Shown piece by piece: positions 59,460-64,000 of a DNA stretch of 64,000 nucleotides (positions are counted from its first letter, which is position 1; the number at the start of each line of letters is the position of its first letter). Origin of the DNA: Hydrolagus affinis (Eukaryota). The position numbers and the translations under genes were made by a program. The notes beneath the pieces are model-generated. The model was not told where the DNA came from. It saw only the letters and a program-made list of their open reading frames with translations, and did no database searches. The DNA lies in assembly GCA_012026655.1 (NCBI GenBank), contig JAAILG010000949.1, positions 1 through 64,000 of the forward strand, written 5' to 3'.

Positions 59460-59790
59460 CCCTGAGTCAGAAGGTTAGGAGTTCAAGCCTCATTTCTAGG
59501 TTGACATTCCAACACAGTGCTGGGGCAACGCTTCAGTGTTGGAGATGCTGTTTTGGAGATAATAAACCAAGGTCCCATCTGTCTGTTCAGGTGCACATTA
59601 TAGAGCCCTTGGTACTTTCACAAACACAGGGAATTTCTCCTGGTGAACAGTCCCCAGGTAAAACTGATCATTGGCTCAAGGTGGTTGAGGAAACTTGCAA
59701 ATTGGCTGCCTTATTTGACAATAATATAATCAGTGTTATGCAGTAAATTCTGTGATTTTTTTGATGTCCTTTCAATGTGAAAGCTGCTGT
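59460..59790 (+). mobile_element. Deu-domain SINE, degraded
   Basis: ctgagtcagaaggttaggagttcaagcc head; aaaccaaggtcccatctgtctgttcaggtg core. Confidence 0.75.
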
Positions 59791-61165
59791 ATCAGAAGCC
59801 TGGATTACAGCATTGATAAATTGTTTCTTAAATGAGTCTAATGCCCTGGCCCGCAGCACTTCCCCACTGACTTGTTTCAGTATTGAACTATAAAGTAAGA
59901 CTTACTGGTGTTAATTTGGTTCAGTTGGTAGCACTCTGCCTCTGTGTCAGAAGGTCACAGTGACTGTTTGAGAGGCTATTAGTGTGTGAGAAAGTGTTTG
60001 AGATTGAATGAGTGTATGAGAGTGTTTGAGTTCGTGCAGTATAGGTCAATTGCTGCCACTAGCTTGTAAATAGGAGAGACTGCTTACAAAGACAAAAAAT
60101 GTACCATGATTGAATTATAGTCAGTGATAAACCCAATAGTTCTATAAATCACATCACTTTCATGTGCACAGAAGATATTAAGCATACTTTGATACTCCTT
60201 ACAGCACACATTCAGCAGAAAAAGCCTGTGAGAAATTGAAGTACAACTTAGTCTAATCGTGCCTCTGCTTCAGTAACTGGTCTAATTGGTTTCAGTCACG
60301 GCGGTGATGTATTAGGACTTAGTTTTTTTTAAAATTACGAGTTTGTTCCAAGAAGTAGCATTACACGAGGGAGTGAACTACTGATAACTTGTCACTCCAA
60401 AGTGAAAGAGCTCAGTGACGAGTTATCGGGAGTGGTGTGTTAGGCATATGCATAAATAGACAAATAGATGCAGCTGGGATATTGACAACTTGATTCAGTA
60501 ATAATAATCCTTCCCTTTGATAATATAGCCCTCGTTACGTCTTCTAGATGACTTAAGCGGCCGTGATAAGTTAAGGCAGGGTACAAGTTATCAGGTGTGT
60601 ACTGTCATTTTACCACAAGTCGTTGAGGGGGTGGGGCGATGATGGTTAAAGTCCCACTGTAAATACGGAACAAACTGGCAACAAATAAACAACAGGAAAA
60701 AGTTAAAAAGACAGCACATTCGTCACAAGTTAACTTAAAGTAAATCAAAGCTGCGCAGGGAAATCCAAGCAATGATCTGCAACTCGATTAAAGGCAACTG
60801 GTTATGAAGTTCCTGCTTGCAAACAATGTTTTAGCCTTGATAATAATCAAGTGAATTTAAGTGAACCGTGGAATTTACAACAATATAGGACATCCTCACA
60901 CAGGGTAGCGTCCCAGAGCGCTCGGTGGTGGAGCACTAATTGATATCTTAATCAGTTTTGGTTTCTAAAAATCACAGGAACCGGACCTTCTGAGACTACT
61001 GCAGAGGATTGACTCGGTTCCAATAATCTGAGAAACACATAATCTTGGAGCCTACTCAGCTCCAAAGAGACCCCACTTACCTCCCACCCGCCCACGCAAG
61101 GATAGATACTCAGTTATAATGCAGATACTGTAGATACAAGTGCTGGCTCGAGTCTTCACTAACAG

Positions 61166-61592
61166 AGTCAGTCCGTCTCAGTTGGTGGAACTCTCGCCTC
61201 TGAGTTAGATGGTTGCGGTTTCAAGCACCACGTCAGGACTTTGAAGTCACGGTCAAGAATGACAGTACAGTCCTGGGGATGCACTGCATTGTCGGAGGTG
61301 CTGTCCTTCAAATGACATGGTAAACCGAAGTCCCAACCGCCTGTTCAGATAGATGTTACAGATTCCATTGCACTACCTGAAAAGAGAACGTAGTTTCTGG
61401 AGATATCCTGGCCTACAATACCCAAATAAAACTGGTTACTTACTTTGGGGCTGTTTATGTGGCCTCGCTGTGTGCAAATTGTCTATCTTGTTTAGCTACA
61501 AAATACACTAAGTCGTGAAATCCTGTGAAGTGCTTTGAGACGTCATGACAACTTGATAAAGCAACTATACCAAATGAAAGGGTTATTATTAC
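61166..61592 (+). mobile_element. Deu-domain SINE, near full length
   Basis: ctcagttggtggaactctcgcctctgagttagatggttgcggtttcaagc head; gcactgcattgtcggaggtgctgtcc; taaaccgaagtccc...gatgttacagattccattgcac; (TTA)n tail. Confidence 0.88.
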
Positions 61593-61619
61593 TATTGTAG
61601 CAGGAATCCTTTTGAGCTT

Positions 61620-61800
61620 CCGAGTGCGGGGACCTTATAGAAGGATACAATAAACCTTGAACAATATTTTTAAATGCGCTGATACAGCAGATCAAGAGGG
61701 CACAGGTTCACAGTTTGCAAAGTGCAAATTTAAGACAGGCAACAGGAACTATTTCTTTATGCAGAAGATAAATAACAGGAAGGGTGGCTGAGGCAAGGAC
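61620..61800 (+). mobile_element. Old CR1 3' fragment
   Basis: gtgcggggaccttatagaagga (RGDLIE), agagggcacaggttc (RGHRF), aggaactatttctttatgcagaag. Confidence 0.55.
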
Positions 61801-61827
61801 ACTGCTGTTGGAACAGCAAGTATTATT

Positions 61828-62169
61828 ATAATAATAATATCCTTTGCATTTTACATTGCACCTTATCATGCGTTTGAGACATTTCAAAACGCTTCACAGC
61901 GTATACTGTAAAGTGAATTTACTACATTTTGCAACCGATTGCAAACAGCAGAGTCCCACTAACAGTCATAGATTGAGTCACCAAATTATTACATATATTT
62001 TTGAAACGATGAATACCCCTGTAAGGTGATCCACCAATTGACTAACAACCGGATTCCAACAGGAAACTTGCCAAAAGTTTCGTCCCGCCTGGGAATTGAT
62101 CCCGGACTCTCTCTCTCTCTCTCTCTCTCGTGTGAGGCGAATGTGCTAACCAGTACATTACAGGACTCC
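61828..62169 (-). mobile_element. tRNA-derived SINE, long subfamily, with a (CT)n expansion in the head
   Basis: Tail at left, ccaattgactaacaacc block, head gtgaggcgaatgtgctaaccagtacattacaggactc; (CT)n at about 62107-62129. Confidence 0.88.
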
Positions 62170-62934
62170 ATGGTTCTGGAAGGATGAAATCAAATGCGCC
62201 AATGGCCTTCTTTATCCAAACCTCTCTTGTGATCCTGTTTGAAAGAACCTAGGTCTGAATTCAAAGAGCTTGGGGTAACACATTTTTTAGCATGAATAAT
62301 CCACATGCCGATGATGTGGCCGCAAAAGACTTCCTGAATAAAGATGAATCACATCTCTCACTCGTCTGAGAATTGCAGTACCAGATGGTCTTCCTGCCAT
62401 TGTCTTGTAGCTTCTCACTGGAGACCTTGTTCTCTGCCTGGAGTTTGGAGCTGTTTGGCAGACTCAGTTCCACGTTCGTACCTCTTGAGACAGAGCCCAA
62501 GCTTTGTTTTTACTGCTTGGAGGACTCACCAAGCTGTTCTTATCATCTCCACTTCCCTTCCTTGTAAATAGAAATTTGTTTTTATATTATTTCCCTCTCT
62601 TAGGCCACAGGTGGAAAGAGTTTGTCAGCATTTGGACTGAGGTAAATTGTGTCTGTATCCTCCAGGGCTAAAACAATACAATATGGCTATTTGTTTTACT
62701 TTACAAGATCACAACATTGTTTTGGATGAAGAAGGCTTTCAGTCCATCTGGTCTCACCTCACCATCTCATCCTCCTATCACTGCATCTGGCCCTTTTTTT
62801 TTAAGTAAAACCCAGTCCTGGCCTCTGGTATAGAAAAACTTCCTGGGGTCTGTCTAAATCTATGTTCTCTTGTTCTACAGTTTTGCTCCATCTTTAAGCA
62901 TCATTCTGGGTTTACCTTTTCAAATTGGGATAAT

Positions 62935-63392
62935 GTCATTGGGATTTTTAACACTCACCTGAGCAAGCAGACAGGACCTTGATTTAACATCTCATCCAAA
63001 AGACAACAACAAAAAATTACACTTGTATAACACCCATCAAGTTGTATAGACATCCCAGGGCACTAGACAATCAGGGGCTTTAGATCTACGATAACACAGC
63101 AACCCCACCCCCCCCCCCCATTATGTTCACAACAAATAATGCATAGAACATTTTCAGCTTACCAGTTACACAATCCAACAGTCACAGTGCTTCCCTGCAA
63201 TCCCTCCCTCCTGATTTCCCCCCCATCCTCCACCTTTCATTGGTTCTAGTCAATTGGTCCTTATTTATTAATTGGTATCCATTACCTCACACCCCAGGCT
63301 GCATTGGAGTGTCAGCTTAGGTCCAACATGAGCCTTGAACCCAAAACTTTCTTGATTCTGAAAGAGTGCTACCACTGAGTCAGGCTGACAGT
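62935..63392 (-). mobile_element. Deu-domain SINE, fragmented, with a nested L2 tail
   Basis: Core 62935-63003, L2 tail 63004-63070, head 63290-63392 (ttgaacccaaaactttc...gtgctaccactgag). Confidence 0.7.
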
Positions 63393-64000
63393 AACAGTTA
63401 ATCCTTTACTATTCCATTCTGAATGTCAGTGTTTGGGCCCATCTGTTTTTGTGCCTTAGAGTAAGAATCGAGGATCCCGTCACATATGTTCAGTGATTTG
63501 AGACAATATTTCCTAAGGTTTTATTATCCTCCTAATTATCCTTCCACATTGTGTGACTCTCCCGATACCATCATTTCCTGAGACTGGATTATATGTCATA
63601 ACTGCAACCAGGCTGGCTGGAGAGTTATAGCCTGGGAAAATGGGGGAAACCAAATTGATTGGTTTTGTGCTGGCATTGCTATTGGCAGGTTGTCATTGTT
63701 GACTGTAACATAGCGTAGTGGGTCGAGTGCTTCCCACCTCACAAGCTGATACAGGCCATCAATCTTCTATCATTTGGGTAGTCCTTTCTTTTTTTGCTCC
63801 CTCTCCTGATCTGTTATCAGATATCTGAGGCTCCCATATGCTTTGTGGCACACAGACTCATTGATCAACCTCTGGGCCCAAGCAGTTGATGTAGTGTGGC
63901 TCAAAAATAAAGGATCTATAGTTGTCTGAAATCCAGTTGCAGCTATGAGCTCATCAATCTGAGAAATATCTCGTAGAGATATCCTTTAACAAGGGTCTAA

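Overview
Repeat-dense, apparently non-coding vertebrate DNA (large intron or intergenic). The repeat families point to a cartilaginous fish, most likely a holocephalan (elephant shark/chimaera-like); this is inferred from recalled repeat consensuses, not from a search. No cellular protein-coding gene, rRNA, bona fide tRNA or CRISPR array can be supported. The long ORFs I can explain are CR1 or L2 reverse-transcriptase remnants, their antisense shadows, SINE-derived or minisatellite frames; the rest resemble nothing I recognise. Main content: (i) CR1 LINE fragments, including two young, closely similar 3' ends (32093-33465, 51205-51791); (ii) many L2 fragments and solo L2 tails; (iii) a tRNA-Val-like SINE with two cleanly separable subfamilies; (iv) Deu-domain SINEs; (v) an older third SINE-like family; (vi) a 16-bp minisatellite and other simple repeats; (vii) a 100-N assembly gap. 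I did not find a convincing new biological system. The best leads are the modular SINE subfamilies, repeated nesting of L2 tails in SINE tRNA heads, three frame-compatible minus-strand microexon candidates, a promoter-like island at 8.7-9.1 kb and two divergent CTCF motifs. Repeat boundaries are approximate (read by eye).
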